Of a DNA stretch of 64,000 nt, positions 1 through 9,080 are shown piece by piece. Every line of letters begins with the position of its first letter. Position 1 is the stretch's first letter. The notes under the pieces were generated by a model. That model searched no databases. It had not been told where the DNA came from and saw nothing but the letters and a program-made list of their open reading frames with translations. This DNA is from an uncultured Bacteroides sp. GTDB lineage: Bacteria; Bacteroidota; Bacteroidia; Bacteroidales; Muribaculaceae. The stretch lies in NCBI GenBank assembly GCA_964586765.1, contig CAZPHN010000002.1, positions 83,628 to 147,627 on the forward strand. Reading direction: 5' to 3'. The translations under genes and the position numbers were made by a program.

Positions 1-402
1 CTCTTTGATTTCAATGTCGCCGGTTCCGGAGTTTACAATGGTGAGATTAATCGGGGCGTTGATTTTCTTCGCTTGTAAATCGCCGGTACCGCTATTGGTT
101 ATACCTTCGATATATGAGTTGTAATAGACCTTAACGGTAGAAATTCTGTAATTTTTCTTGCGGTTGGTCTTGATAAAGAGCTTTCCGGTGGCGGAAACGG
201 TAATCTGGAGGGGAGCTTCAACCTCCGGCGAGTCATAGGCAACGACAATATTTGCGGCGGCGGTGGGCGAGTAAATCAGTTCGACATCCGCTTCCGATGA
301 GTTTACCACCTCCGTAAGCGCGCGGTCAAACTTCATTTTGTATTCTTTTGCTGAAACACAGAACGGAAGAATACATAAAAGGAGAAAAGCAAGTTTTTTC
401 AT
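1..402 (-). CDS. Partial CDS containing the N-terminus, running off the window start. Secreted protein with repeated NSGTGD units, DUF2807/GIN-domain-like (putative adhesin-head-like) protein.
   Basis: Manual translation of the minus strand from ATG (402-400): MKKLAFLLLCILPFCVSAKEYKMKFDRALTEVVNSS...ITNSGTGDLQAKKINAPINLTIVNSGTGDIEIKE. It has a signal peptide plus repeated G-[ST]-G-D strands. It is absent from the ORF track because there is no stop codon in the window. Confidence 0.55.
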   Translation of the reverse strand, partial: MKKLAFLLLCILPFCVSAKEYKMKFDRALTEVVNSSEADVELIYSPTAAANIVVAYDSPEVEAPLQITVSATGKLFIKTNRKKNYRISTVKVYYNSYIEGITNSGTGDLQAKKINAPINLTIVNSGTGDIEIKE

Positions 403-417
403 GATGAAAATGTTGGT

Positions 418-1380
418 TTATTCGTAAAATTCGTGTTCAATTTCGTCAATAAGCCGCAAAAGGGTCTCCGGGTCGGGAGTCTGGAGGAGCTGGATGCGAC
501 GCTGGCGGAAATTGGGAATACCCTTGAAAAGGGGTGTGACCGCCAGATGACGGCGTATGTGAAGAATTCCGCGAGTGGGGTCGATGCGTTCGACGCTTTC
601 GTTAATCTGTCGGCGCAGCAGGTTGAACTGCTCGCTTACGGGAACGGGACCGCGCCCCGTCAGTTCGCTGAAAATCCACGGTGCGCCGATTGACGCCCTG
701 CCCACCATAACGCCGTCAACTCCGTAACGGCTGAACGCTTCCTCAACCTGCGGGCGCGTCTGAATGTCGCCGTTACCTATCAGCGGAATCCGCAGGCGCG
801 GATTTTCCTTCACGCGCGCAATCATTTCCCAGTCGGCAGAACCGGTATACATCTGCGAGCGAGTGCGTCCGTGGACCGTCAGAGCCTGAATGCCGCAGTC
901 CTGAAGGCGTTCGGCGAGGTCGACTATTATGCGGTTGTCATGGTCCCACCCCAAGCGGGTCTTGACCGTAACGGGGACGTTGACCGCCTTGACCACCGCC
1001 TCGGTGATTGCAAGCATCTTGGGAACGTCGCGGAGCAGCCCGGCACCCGCGCCCTTGCCGGCAACTTTCTTTACCGGACAGCCGAAGTTTATGTCGAGAA
1101 TGTCAGGTCGCGCCTGTTCGACAATCTTTGCCGCCTCGACCATTACGTCAGGCTCGCGCCCGTAAATCTGGATTGCTACGGGACGCTCCGCCGGGTTGAT
1201 TTCGAGTTTGCGGGTAGTGGCGGCTATGTTGCGAATGAGGGCATCGGCACTGATGAACTCGGTATACACCATGTCGGCACCTGATTCCTTTGCAATCAGG
1301 CGGAAGGATGCGTCAGTAACATCCTCCATCGGGGCAAGCATTACGGGACGCTCGCCAAGTTCAACTGAGCCGATCTTCAT
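418..1380 (-). CDS. dusB: tRNA-dihydrouridine synthase (Dus family, DusB-like)
   Basis: 320 aa ORF with a typical Dus N-terminus (LAPMEDVTDASFRLIAKESGADMVYTEFISADALI) and a TIM-barrel FMN motif (DINFGCP). It overlaps murI by 4 nt. Confidence 0.9.
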   Translation of the reverse strand: MKIGSVELGERPVMLAPMEDVTDASFRLIAKESGADMVYTEFISADALIRNIAATTRKLEINPAERPVAIQIYGREPDVMVEAAKIVEQARPDILDINFGCPVKKVAGKGAGAGLLRDVPKMLAITEAVVKAVNVPVTVKTRLGWDHDNRIIVDLAERLQDCGIQALTVHGRTRSQMYTGSADWEMIARVKENPRLRIPLIGNGDIQTRPQVEEAFSRYGVDGVMVGRASIGAPWIFSELTGRGPVPVSEQFNLLRRQINESVERIDPTRGILHIRRHLAVTPLFKGIPNFRQRRIQLLQTPDPETLLRLIDEIEHEFYE

Positions 1381-2210
1381 AACGTGATGCTTTCCGCGTC
1401 AATGTGTTTGCTGAGAAAGAGCGACCCCATTTCCGAGAATTTGGAGGCTGACTCAGTAGTCAGATAGCGGCATGACCCTCCGCGGCTCACTTTTGCGTCC
1501 ATTTCGGGATGGCGCAGCAGATAGTCGCGCAGCGATTGCGCCACAATGTCGCCCTGAGTGACCACGCTGACATTTGCGGGGACGTTCTTGCGTATTTTAT
1601 GAATAAGGAGCGGATAGTGGGTACAGCCAAGGAGCGCGGTGTCTATTCTGGGGTCGCGGTGGAGCAGCGAATAGATGTATTTCTGGACAAAATAATCTGC
1701 GCCGGGTCCGTCAGCCTCGCGGTTTTCAACAAGGGGAACCCACATAGGACACTCCTGACCGGTAACCTTGAAGTCGGGATAAAGCTTGGCAACCTCCATT
1801 TCGTAACTGCCGGAGCGGATGGTTCCGGGAGTTCCGAATACTCCGATATGCCCCGTGCGGGTAACTGAGCCGAGAGCCTCGACCGTCGGACGGATTATGC
1901 CGAGCACACGCCGGTCAGGGTCGATGGCGGGGAGGTCGTTCTGCTGAATGGTGCGCAGAGCCTTTGCCGAGGCTGTGTTGCAGCCCAGCACAACCAGATG
2001 GCAGCCTTCGGCAAACAGCCGCTTGACCGCTTGGAGAGTAAACTGATAGACCACCTCGAAGGAGCGCGTTCCGTAAGGAGCGCGCGCATTATCCCCGAGA
2101 TAGAGATAGTCAGGCTCGGGCATGAGGCGTCTGATGCCTTCGAGGATGGTCAGACCTCCGTATCCGGAGTCGAAAATGCCGATGGGTCCCGGCGTGGAGG
2201 AGAGGTTCAC
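1377..2210 (-). CDS. murI: Glutamate racemase
   Basis: 277 aa ORF with [19 protein letters not shown] and GCTHYPLL motifs containing the two catalytic Cys residues. Confidence 0.92.
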   Translation of the reverse strand: MNLSSTPGPIGIFDSGYGGLTILEGIRRLMPEPDYLYLGDNARAPYGTRSFEVVYQFTLQAVKRLFAEGCHLVVLGCNTASAKALRTIQQNDLPAIDPDRRVLGIIRPTVEALGSVTRTGHIGVFGTPGTIRSGSYEMEVAKLYPDFKVTGQECPMWVPLVENREADGPGADYFVQKYIYSLLHRDPRIDTALLGCTHYPLLIHKIRKNVPANVSVVTQGDIVAQSLRDYLLRHPEMDAKVSRGGSCRYLTTESASKFSEMGSLFLSKHIDAESITL

Positions 2211-2641
2211 TGCTTGTTCTTGAGAAGGTCGCGGATTTCGGTCAGCAGCACTTCCTCCTTGGTAGGTTCGGGAGCGGGTTCGGGAGCTGCGGGTGCTTCC
2301 TCTTCTTTCTTTTTGAATTTCATCATGACGCGCAGAGCCACGAAGATACTGAAGGCGATGATGAGGAAGTCAACAATGTTCTGGATAAACATACCGTAGT
2401 TGAGGGTAACCGCCTCTTTGAGGACTTCGCCGGTGGTGGGGTCAACTTTTGCGCCGCTGAGTTCGGCGGAGAGGGTGGTGAAGTTAACGCCGCCGGTAGC
2501 CAGTCCGACCACGGGCATGATTACGTCATTAACGAGTGAGGAAACGATTTTGCCGAAGGCACCGCCGATGATTACACCGACAGCCATATCAACTACGTTG
2601 CCTTTCATTGCAAAGGCTTTGAAATCAGAGATGAAGCTCAT
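2207..2641 (-). CDS. mscL: Large-conductance mechanosensitive channel
   Basis: 144 aa ORF with the canonical N-terminus [37 protein letters not shown]. Confidence 0.93.
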   Translation of the reverse strand: MSFISDFKAFAMKGNVVDMAVGVIIGGAFGKIVSSLVNDVIMPVVGLATGGVNFTTLSAELSGAKVDPTTGEVLKEAVTLNYGMFIQNIVDFLIIAFSIFVALRVMMKFKKKEEEAPAAPEPAPEPTKEEVLLTEIRDLLKNKQ

Positions 2642-2727
2642 TTTGGGTTTAGGGTTTAGGGTTTATAGTTTAGGGTTTAGTGAAATCGGAGAGCTCGGAG
2701 AACTCGGAGGGATTGGAGGGATTGGGG
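2642..2727. repeat. Composite short-tandem-repeat element filling the whole serB-mscL spacer. Modules are (GGGTTTA)n at about 2645-2680, CGGAGARCT units at about 2687-2708 and (GGAGGGATT)2 at about 2706-2724.
   Basis: Read directly from the sequence: tttgggtttagggtttagggtttatagtttagggtttag tgaaat cggagagctcggagaactcggag ggattggagggattgggg. The same module order, reverse-complemented, occurs at 58794-58870. The middle module also occurs at 32886-32966. Confidence 0.85.
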
Positions 2728-3954
2728 TTAGATGAAGCTGTCTTTGAAGCCGAGGAAGTAGAGGACGCCGTCGAGTCCGATGGTCGAGAGGCTCTGTTCG
2801 GCGGTCGCTTTGACTTTCGGTTTGGCGTGGAAGGCGATGCCGAGACCGGCGGTGGCAAGCATGGGGAGGTCGTTGGCACCATCGCCCACGGCAATCGTCT
2901 GGGCAATGTTTACGTTTTCAACCTGAGCCAGCAGGCGAAGCAGCTCTGCCTTGCGTCTGCCATCGACCACGTCACCGATGTAGCGTCCGGTGAGTTTTCC
3001 GTCGGGACCTACCTCAAGCTCGTTGGCGTAAACGTAGTCAAATCCGAATTTCTGCTTGAGATAGTTGCCGAAATAGGTAAATCCGCCGGAAAGAATAGCG
3101 GTTTTGTAGCCTGCGCGCTTCAATACGGTCATCATGCGTTCAAGACCTTCGGTAAACGGCAGTTTTTCGGCAATATCCTGCATTACGCTTACGTCAAGAC
3201 CTTTCAGCAGAGCCACACGCTCAGTGAAGCTCTCTATGAAGTCGATTTCGCCTCTCATGGCGCGCTCGGTTATTTCCTTGACGCGGTCACCGACTCCGGC
3301 GCGGATGGCAAGTTCATCGATAACCTCGGTTTCGATGAGGGTCGAGTCCATATCGAAGCAAATCAGGCGGCGAGTGCGGCGGAAAACGCTATCTTCCTGA
3401 AACGAAATGTCGACATTATGCTCCGAGGCGATTTCGAGGAAACGGCGGCTCAGGTCCGAACGGTCGGCGGGATTTCCGCGCACAGCCATTTCAATACATG
3501 TCTTGCTCTTGGGACCCGCGTCACGTTTGAGCGAAATGCGTCCCGTAAGACGCTTTATGTTTTCGATATTCAGACCCTGACGCGCCACTTCGGCGGTAAG
3601 CACGGCAATATGGTCGGCGGTAAGGCGTCGGCCGAGCATGGTGATAATCCACCGGCTCTTTCCCTGCATGCTGACCCATTTTTCGTAGTCATCGGGGTCG
3701 GTAGGCGTAAAGCGTACAATCAAATTCTGCTCGGCAGCCTTGAAAAGAAGCTCCTTGAGTATATTGCCGGAACGGGCAGAGTCGGTCTTGATAAGAATTC
3801 CGAGGCTGAGGTAGTGGTGGATGGTGCTCTGACCGATGTCAAGAATCGTGGCTTCATGGCGACCGAGTATCTCGGTGAGCGATGAAGTGATTCCCGGTTT
3901 GTCAGGACCGGTTATGTTAATCAGGATTAGTTCGAGTTTGGGTGTTTCAGTCAT
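2728..3954 (-). CDS. serB: Phosphoserine phosphatase SerB with an N-terminal ACT-like regulatory region
   Basis: HAD motifs are present (ICFDMDSTLI, GDGANDLPML). I chose the ATG at 3954 (MTETPKLELILINITGPDKPG) rather than the upstream ORF extension to 3999. This gives an 8-nt overlap with the upstream gene. Confidence 0.85.
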   Translation of the reverse strand: MTETPKLELILINITGPDKPGITSSLTEILGRHEATILDIGQSTIHHYLSLGILIKTDSARSGNILKELLFKAAEQNLIVRFTPTDPDDYEKWVSMQGKSRWIITMLGRRLTADHIAVLTAEVARQGLNIENIKRLTGRISLKRDAGPKSKTCIEMAVRGNPADRSDLSRRFLEIASEHNVDISFQEDSVFRRTRRLICFDMDSTLIETEVIDELAIRAGVGDRVKEITERAMRGEIDFIESFTERVALLKGLDVSVMQDIAEKLPFTEGLERMMTVLKRAGYKTAILSGGFTYFGNYLKQKFGFDYVYANELEVGPDGKLTGRYIGDVVDGRRKAELLRLLAQVENVNIAQTIAVGDGANDLPMLATAGLGIAFHAKPKVKATAEQSLSTIGLDGVLYFLGFKDSFI

Positions 3955-4762
3955 AAACCGAATGAAATTTAACGAGACCAGCCATAGGACGGGACTCAAT
4001 ACGTATGATTGAAATATCGGAGGGGCAAGTATGTCGCAACTCCGGTTCGAAAGCAGAAGCTACTCCGCCGGTCAGCGCAACGTCACTGCAATCGTATTTT
4101 TTGACGACCTTTCGCCAAAAGTCGGCGAAAGCTCCCTCAATCAGCGATTGGAGCCGGGGAAAATCTGCGCTGTGTTTCCGTATAAACGGAACAATCGATG
4201 CCAAGAATTTGTTTGCGCGCGGCCGGCGATAAACTCTGTCAAGCACGTCGGCATATGTCAGCCCGGTTTCGGTTTCGAAAAGTCCGGGCAGCTGCGGCTC
4301 CAGTTCGCCGCGATAAAGGGCACGGAGGAAACGGATGGCAAGGTTCGCGCCTGATGCCTCATCGCCCATAATGTAGCCGAGCGGCGGCACGTTGGCAATG
4401 ATTTCTTTGCCATCGTATAGCCCGGTGTTTGAGCCGGTACCGAGAATACAAGCGACTCCGCGTTGCGTACCGAAAAGGGAGCGCGCGGCGGCAAGCAAAT
4501 CGCCCGCCACTTCGACGGTCCCGGCGGGAGGGAGTGCGGCACGCACTTTTTCGGCTACCGAGGGCGAGGTAACTCCCGCGCCATAGAAATATACAGACCG
4601 CAACGGCGGCAGGGTGAGCGAGGAAAAGATTTCCCGCAGTTCCGTCTCCGTTGCGGTCAGGGCGTTGACCCCGGGCACCTCAAAGTCACGGACAATGCCG
4701 TCCGATGCCAGCAGGCACAGGTGCATTTTGGTGCTTCCGGAGTCAACTATCAGTTTCATCAA
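3947..4762 (-). CDS. BadF/BadG/BcrA/BcrD-type ATPase (N-acetylglucosamine-kinase-like)
   Basis: 271 aa ORF with actin-fold ATPase motifs (LIVDSGSTK near the N-terminus, ILGTGSN mid-protein). Confidence 0.7.
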   Translation of the reverse strand: MMKLIVDSGSTKMHLCLLASDGIVRDFEVPGVNALTATETELREIFSSLTLPPLRSVYFYGAGVTSPSVAEKVRAALPPAGTVEVAGDLLAAARSLFGTQRGVACILGTGSNTGLYDGKEIIANVPPLGYIMGDEASGANLAIRFLRALYRGELEPQLPGLFETETGLTYADVLDRVYRRPRANKFLASIVPFIRKHSADFPRLQSLIEGAFADFWRKVVKKYDCSDVALTGGVASAFEPELRHTCPSDISIIRIESRPMAGLVKFHSVYD

Positions 4763-7242
4763 AGGGTCTTATACGCGGTAGGAGCTTTCAGCCCGGCGCG
4801 GCTGAAGTATTTGGTCAGCGTTCCGTCAATCATCACTTTCTTGCCGACAAGCGAGGGATTGTCAACAATGTTGAGCGCGGTACGGATAGAGCCGGAAGGA
4901 AGCTCGACGGGGATACACTTGGCATAGTCGGTTTCAGTGGCTGATGCGGCAAGCAGCAGGTTAGTGTTTGCCGCGCCTTCGGTGCCGAACACGGGAGCCG
5001 AGTTCTTGATTGAGCCTACAATGTAGCCTTCAACCCAGCCCTTGACAGAGCCGTCGAGCACGTTGAGTGTCAGAACGTCAGCAACATCATAGGGCGAGGT
5101 TTCGGAGCCATCGCCGTTGACATCGCCCGACGGAGGGGTAACGGGAGTGTCACCGCCAGAGCCCGCGCCTTCAAGTTCGTAGGCGGTAGCGTTCTTGACG
5201 CCCGGGAGACCGAAGTACTTAATGAGTTCGCCCTCGATTGAGAGGAGCTTGCCGAAGTTTTCAGGATGGTCTACAAGGTTGACGGCAGTACGGATGTCGC
5301 CCACGGGGAGCTGGACGGCAACGGTTTTGTTCTTGTCTGTCTCGTTGGGGTTATCGGCAATAGCCACGCAGGTGTTTACCGAACCGGCTGATGCCTCAAG
5401 TGCGGAGTTATTGTCGTAGTTGTAGACGCCGACGATATAACCCTTGACCCACGCCTTGGTGCCGGGGTTATTGAGGGCAATAACTGCGGCGCAGTTATAG
5501 GGCGATTCTTTGGTGCCGTCGCCATTGCCGTCGGCAGGAGGGGTAACGGGGGTGTCACCGCCTGAGCCGCTGCCTTCGCCGTTCAGTTTGAAAGCGGTAG
5601 CGTCCTTGACGCCGGGCAGTCCGAAGTACTTGGTGAGCGAGCCTTGGATAGCAAGCTTCTTGCCGAGGTTTTCGGGGTGGTCGGTAAGGTTAACGGCAGA
5701 GCGGATATCGCCTACGGGGAGCTGGACGGCAACGGTCTTGGTCTTGTCTGTCTCGTTGGGGTCAGCGGCAATAGCCACACATGAGTTAACGGAGCCGGCG
5801 GCAGTTACAAGAGCGGAGTTGTTGTCATAGTCATAGTAGCCCACAATGAAGCCTTCAACCCATGCGGTAGTGCCGGGGTTGTTGAGGGCAATTACCTGAG
5901 TTACGTTGTAAGGCTTGGCTTCAGTGCCGTCGCCGCTTTCAACGGGGGCATTGGGGTCCTCGAGTTCCAGACCTTCGATTTCAAAGGTTGATACGGTACC
6001 GGTATTGTTGATTACGGCGTTTGCGTTCATTTCTTCGCCGAGGCGACCCTGAACCTTGAAGAACTTGCCGAGGTTGTCGGGATTGTCAACGAGGTTGCCG
6101 TACTCGGCAATGGGTGTGCCCTGCGGAAGGTTTACAATCAGGATATTGCTGATGTCATAGTTGTCGACATTATCAACGATTACGAGCGAGTTGTTCATGA
6201 TGAACGGCTCGGCGGTGGTGATGTCGGCAAGAGTCTTGATTTCGGTAACCTCGGGAGCCACTGTGCCGATGATGTAGCCGCCCACCCAGCCTGAAGCTGA
6301 AGATGAGCCGCCCTTGATTACATTGATGGCGTCGGTGATGGTGTAGGGGTCGTTCTTGCTGCCCTTGTTGGTGGGGTTGCCTATGTTCATAAGACCATTG
6401 GCATCGTTGAGAATAAGCTGCCAGTTACCGTTATAGTAGTCGAGAATGCCCACGATGTCAAACTCAGAGGCGGGAAGGGGGGTGTTCCAGAATCTGGAGT
6501 AACCGGAGGTACGGACGGTTACCTGAGTGTCGCCTACGTTGAGAGCTTGGTTCTGTTCGTCGCTCACGGAAGTCTTGTAGTTAGCGCAGAGGGTTGCGCC
6601 TTCAACTCCGGCATTGGCAAACTTGACGTTGTTGAGACGGATAAGCTGGCTCTGCCATTTCTGCAGTTCGGCGGGCGACGAGCCGATGGTAGAGAAGTTC
6701 TCAATCAGCATGGTGTCTACCTTGGCGGGTTCGGGCAGTCCGTTGAGTTCGCAGTGGGAGTTAAAGAGCTCGGGAGCCATGAAAGAGGTCTGCCAAGTGT
6801 TGCCGTTGGCATACCAAGAGGGGAAACCGAGCTGGAAGCATCCGGCATACTTGCCTGCATACATTCCTGTGAGGTCAATGACCAGTTCCTGACCTACGCG
6901 ATGAAGCAGATAGAGGTTATACTGGTTGATGCTCATTGCGAGAGCGGCGGTTTCGTCCTGAATTACGAGCTTTTTGAAGATGTTGCCCTCGTAGTCGCTT
7001 GAAACTACGCGACCCTTGATGACATAGTGGGTACCATCTTCGCGTGCAGGGATTTCATCGCAATAGTTTGATGCTTCATCCTGCCAGAACATAGCCTTGA
7101 AGTCAGCTATAGTGATATTAGCCGTCTGAGTTGCGACGGGGACCTCTACGGCCACATCGTCAAACTTGTCCTGACAGCCGGTCAGCACCGAGCCGCCGAA
7201 AATCAGTGCGGCGAATGCCTTGAAATATTTTGAAAGATTCAT
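4759..7242 (-). CDS. Surface lipoprotein with an N-terminal OB-fold-like domain plus four tandem copies of a ~115-130 aa module. It resembles what I recall as DUF5689 + DUF6359.
   Basis: 827 aa ORF with a lipobox (VLTGC). The N-terminal segment is YVIKGRVVSSDYEGNIFKKLVIQDETAALAMSI. Repeated [ST]PY..(x)..LNNPGT.AWV.GYIVG...VQLP.G.IR.A.NL.DHPEN.GK...GLPG modules are separated by GGDTPVTPP linkers. It lies downstream of a TonB-dependent receptor. Confidence 0.75.
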   Translation of the reverse strand: MNLSKYFKAFAALIFGGSVLTGCQDKFDDVAVEVPVATQTANITIADFKAMFWQDEASNYCDEIPAREDGTHYVIKGRVVSSDYEGNIFKKLVIQDETAALAMSINQYNLYLLHRVGQELVIDLTGMYAGKYAGCFQLGFPSWYANGNTWQTSFMAPELFNSHCELNGLPEPAKVDTMLIENFSTIGSSPAELQKWQSQLIRLNNVKFANAGVEGATLCANYKTSVSDEQNQALNVGDTQVTVRTSGYSRFWNTPLPASEFDIVGILDYYNGNWQLILNDANGLMNIGNPTNKGSKNDPYTITDAINVIKGGSSSASGWVGGYIIGTVAPEVTEIKTLADITTAEPFIMNNSLVIVDNVDNYDISNILIVNLPQGTPIAEYGNLVDNPDNLGKFFKVQGRLGEEMNANAVINNTGTVSTFEIEGLELEDPNAPVESGDGTEAKPYNVTQVIALNNPGTTAWVEGFIVGYYDYDNNSALVTAAGSVNSCVAIAADPNETDKTKTVAVQLPVGDIRSAVNLTDHPENLGKKLAIQGSLTKYFGLPGVKDATAFKLNGEGSGSGGDTPVTPPADGNGDGTKESPYNCAAVIALNNPGTKAWVKGYIVGVYNYDNNSALEASAGSVNTCVAIADNPNETDKNKTVAVQLPVGDIRTAVNLVDHPENFGKLLSIEGELIKYFGLPGVKNATAYELEGAGSGGDTPVTPPSGDVNGDGSETSPYDVADVLTLNVLDGSVKGWVEGYIVGSIKNSAPVFGTEGAANTNLLLAASATETDYAKCIPVELPSGSIRTALNIVDNPSLVGKKVMIDGTLTKYFSRAGLKAPTAYKTL
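4762..6360 (-). repeat. Intragenic tandem domain repeats. Four units lie at approximately aa 295-425, 438-553, 575-690 and 712-827 of the 827-aa lipoprotein.
   Basis: Units 2 and 3 are clearly similar at the DNA level. For example, ggggagctggacggcaacgg(t/c)tt..gtctgtctcgttgggg occurs in both. A fifth copy is in the neighbouring gene at about 7756-8106. Confidence 0.8.
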
Positions 7243-7266
7243 TGTCTAAGAATGTTTTGACGTGAC

Positions 7267-9045
7267 TTATTTGGGTTGATAGAGGGTAGGTTTAACGCCG
7301 CGTTCGTCGGGATACCAGCCATAGGACTTATAGTTGGCATCAAATTGCATGGTTTTCTTCATTCCGATGTTTTCAACGGTAGCGGTGCCGTCGGCAGCGA
7401 TGGTGATGTCCCAGAAGTAGCCGTTGTCAGCAGCGTCGAGGGTCGAAGAGAGGTTTATGCTGTTAAAGGTGCCGGTCATCATGATATAACGGCCGTCGGG
7501 GTTCTGGATGGTCCATCCGTTATCGGTCTTTGTGAAGGTAAAGCCGTTTGCTTCGACCGATGCGGCGATGGTACCGTCGGCTGCAGGGGTGCAGTCGGTA
7601 ACGTTCATGTAGCCGTAGCTCTTGTCGGCGGCAAAGGCGATGCCGACCTTATTGGAAGCCCAGAAGGCATAAACTCCGCCGGAAACCACTTCGGTTGCCT
7701 TAACGAAACCGGTAGTTTCGCCGGGAACTACTGAGGAGCCGCCAATGGCTTCTCCATCGAGGGTAGCTTCGCTTCCGTTCTTGACGCCGGGCAGACCGAA
7801 ATAGGCAATCAGGTCGCCGCTGATGGCTAATTCCTTGCCGATATTTTCAGGATGAGCCTTAAGGTTGACAGCCTCGCGGATTGCGCCTGCGGGGAGCTGG
7901 ACAGCCACGGTCTTGGACTTGTCGGTCTCGTTGGGGTCAGCGGCAAGGGCAACATTGGAGTCGGCGGCACCCTCAGCTGAGTTGACAAGGCTTGAGTTAT
8001 TGTTGTAGTCGTAGTAACCTACAATGTAACCTTTGACCCATGCGGTGGTTCCGGGGTTATTGAGGGAGATAACCTGATTGACGGTATAGGGAGCGTCCTT
8101 TGTGCCGTCGGTGGTGTCCTGACCGGGTTGATCATCGCCGCCGGGTTCGTCGGTTCCGTCAAAGTTGCTCAGACCGTTGGCGTCGACTAAATAAAGTGCC
8201 CACTGGCTCTGGCGGTTGACGCTCTGATACTTATAGCAGAGAATACCGGTTACGGAGCCACGTCCGGAGGGTGTGGTCTCGTAAACGAAATCGGCATATG
8301 CGCTTACGGGGAGATACATCTTGTTGCCCTTGGAGTCAGTGATGGAGTGATAGTAGCAGTTGGTCACACCGCTGCTCTGGGTATAGGGTACGGCAGTGTT
8401 GGCAAACGGCTTACCGGCACCGTCGATGGTGACGTCATTGAACGTAACCAGCATGTGACCGTACTTGATGAGGTCTTCGGCATCGGTTGCGTTGATAATG
8501 TCGCCCATTTCGAGGACGGTAGGCTCAACGCCTTCGCCGTTGGGCAGACCGTTGAGTTCAACGTGGCTCTGGAAGGTTTCGAGCTCCATGCGGCCGGCTT
8601 CCCAAACCTGCTGGGCTTCATACCATTCGGGTTTGCCTACAAGCAGCTCGGTGTTCCATTTGCCTATGTTCATTTCAGTGAGGTCAACTACGACTTCCTG
8701 ACCGAGTTTATATGACTCATTGAGTTTGCTTGCGTCGATTGAGAAGCCGAGCGCGGCGGTTTCATCCTGAATATAGAGATATTTGTAGATATTGCCGCTT
8801 ACGTCAACGCCGGTCACACGACCTTTGACAATGACGTGCTCGCCTTCGGAGGTAAGTCCGATGGTTTCGATATAGTTCTTTTCGTTGTTCCAGTACTGGG
8901 TCTTGACGTCAAGAATCTTGCTGTTTACTTGGCTGAGCATCGGAGCCTGCGGCACAACCATGGGGGGGAGTACCGGGTCCTCATGACATGAAGTAGCCAT
9001 CAGGGCACCAAGGGCGAGCAGAGGAAGAATTCTATATGATTTCAT
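7267..9045 (-). CDS. Paralogous surface lipoprotein with an OB-fold-like N-domain, one copy of the repeated module and a distinct C-terminal domain
   Basis: 592 aa ORF with a lipobox (LMATSC). The N-terminal segment VIVKGRVTGVDVSGNIYKYLYIQDETAALGFSI is collinear with the 827-aa neighbour. The module copy spans aa ~314-430. Confidence 0.75.
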   Translation of the reverse strand: MKSYRILPLLALGALMATSCHEDPVLPPMVVPQAPMLSQVNSKILDVKTQYWNNEKNYIETIGLTSEGEHVIVKGRVTGVDVSGNIYKYLYIQDETAALGFSIDASKLNESYKLGQEVVVDLTEMNIGKWNTELLVGKPEWYEAQQVWEAGRMELETFQSHVELNGLPNGEGVEPTVLEMGDIINATDAEDLIKYGHMLVTFNDVTIDGAGKPFANTAVPYTQSSGVTNCYYHSITDSKGNKMYLPVSAYADFVYETTPSGRGSVTGILCYKYQSVNRQSQWALYLVDANGLSNFDGTDEPGGDDQPGQDTTDGTKDAPYTVNQVISLNNPGTTAWVKGYIVGYYDYNNNSSLVNSAEGAADSNVALAADPNETDKSKTVAVQLPAGAIREAVNLKAHPENIGKELAISGDLIAYFGLPGVKNGSEATLDGEAIGGSSVVPGETTGFVKATEVVSGGVYAFWASNKVGIAFAADKSYGYMNVTDCTPAADGTIAASVEANGFTFTKTDNGWTIQNPDGRYIMMTGTFNSINLSSTLDAADNGYFWDITIAADGTATVENIGMKKTMQFDANYKSYGWYPDERGVKPTLYQPK

Positions 9046-9080
9046 TCTGTTGGATTGTCTTTATATATAATATGGTGTTT

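Noticed and set aside
2644-2680. (TTTAGGG)n, identical to the plant-type telomere repeat, raising the possibility of eukaryotic contamination or a linear-replicon end.
   Set aside because: There are only about 5 units. They are embedded between two intact, tightly spaced bacterial genes and are contiguous with other micro-repeats. A related AAACCTAAA tail occurs in the copy at 58794-58870. This is a bacterial intergenic repeat, not a telomere.
2642-2727. A possible CRISPR array or degenerate CRISPR remnant (also considered at 58794-58870 and 32886-32966).
   Set aside because: The repeat units are 7-9 nt, directly abutting with no spacers, and no cas genes are present. The structure is incompatible with CRISPR.
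2680-3885. A 401-aa ORF on the + strand, antisense to serB. Similar long antisense ORFs occur at 21303-22007, 22517-23233, 49837-50496, 52161-52874, 53288-53974, 53773-54510, 55029-55682, 55703-56404 and 57333-57932.
   Set aside because: Each lies entirely opposite a gene with clear family motifs. Their translations are low-complexity (Gly/Ala/Arg/Val-rich) with no recognisable domains. Long stop-free antisense frames are expected in GC-rich coding DNA.
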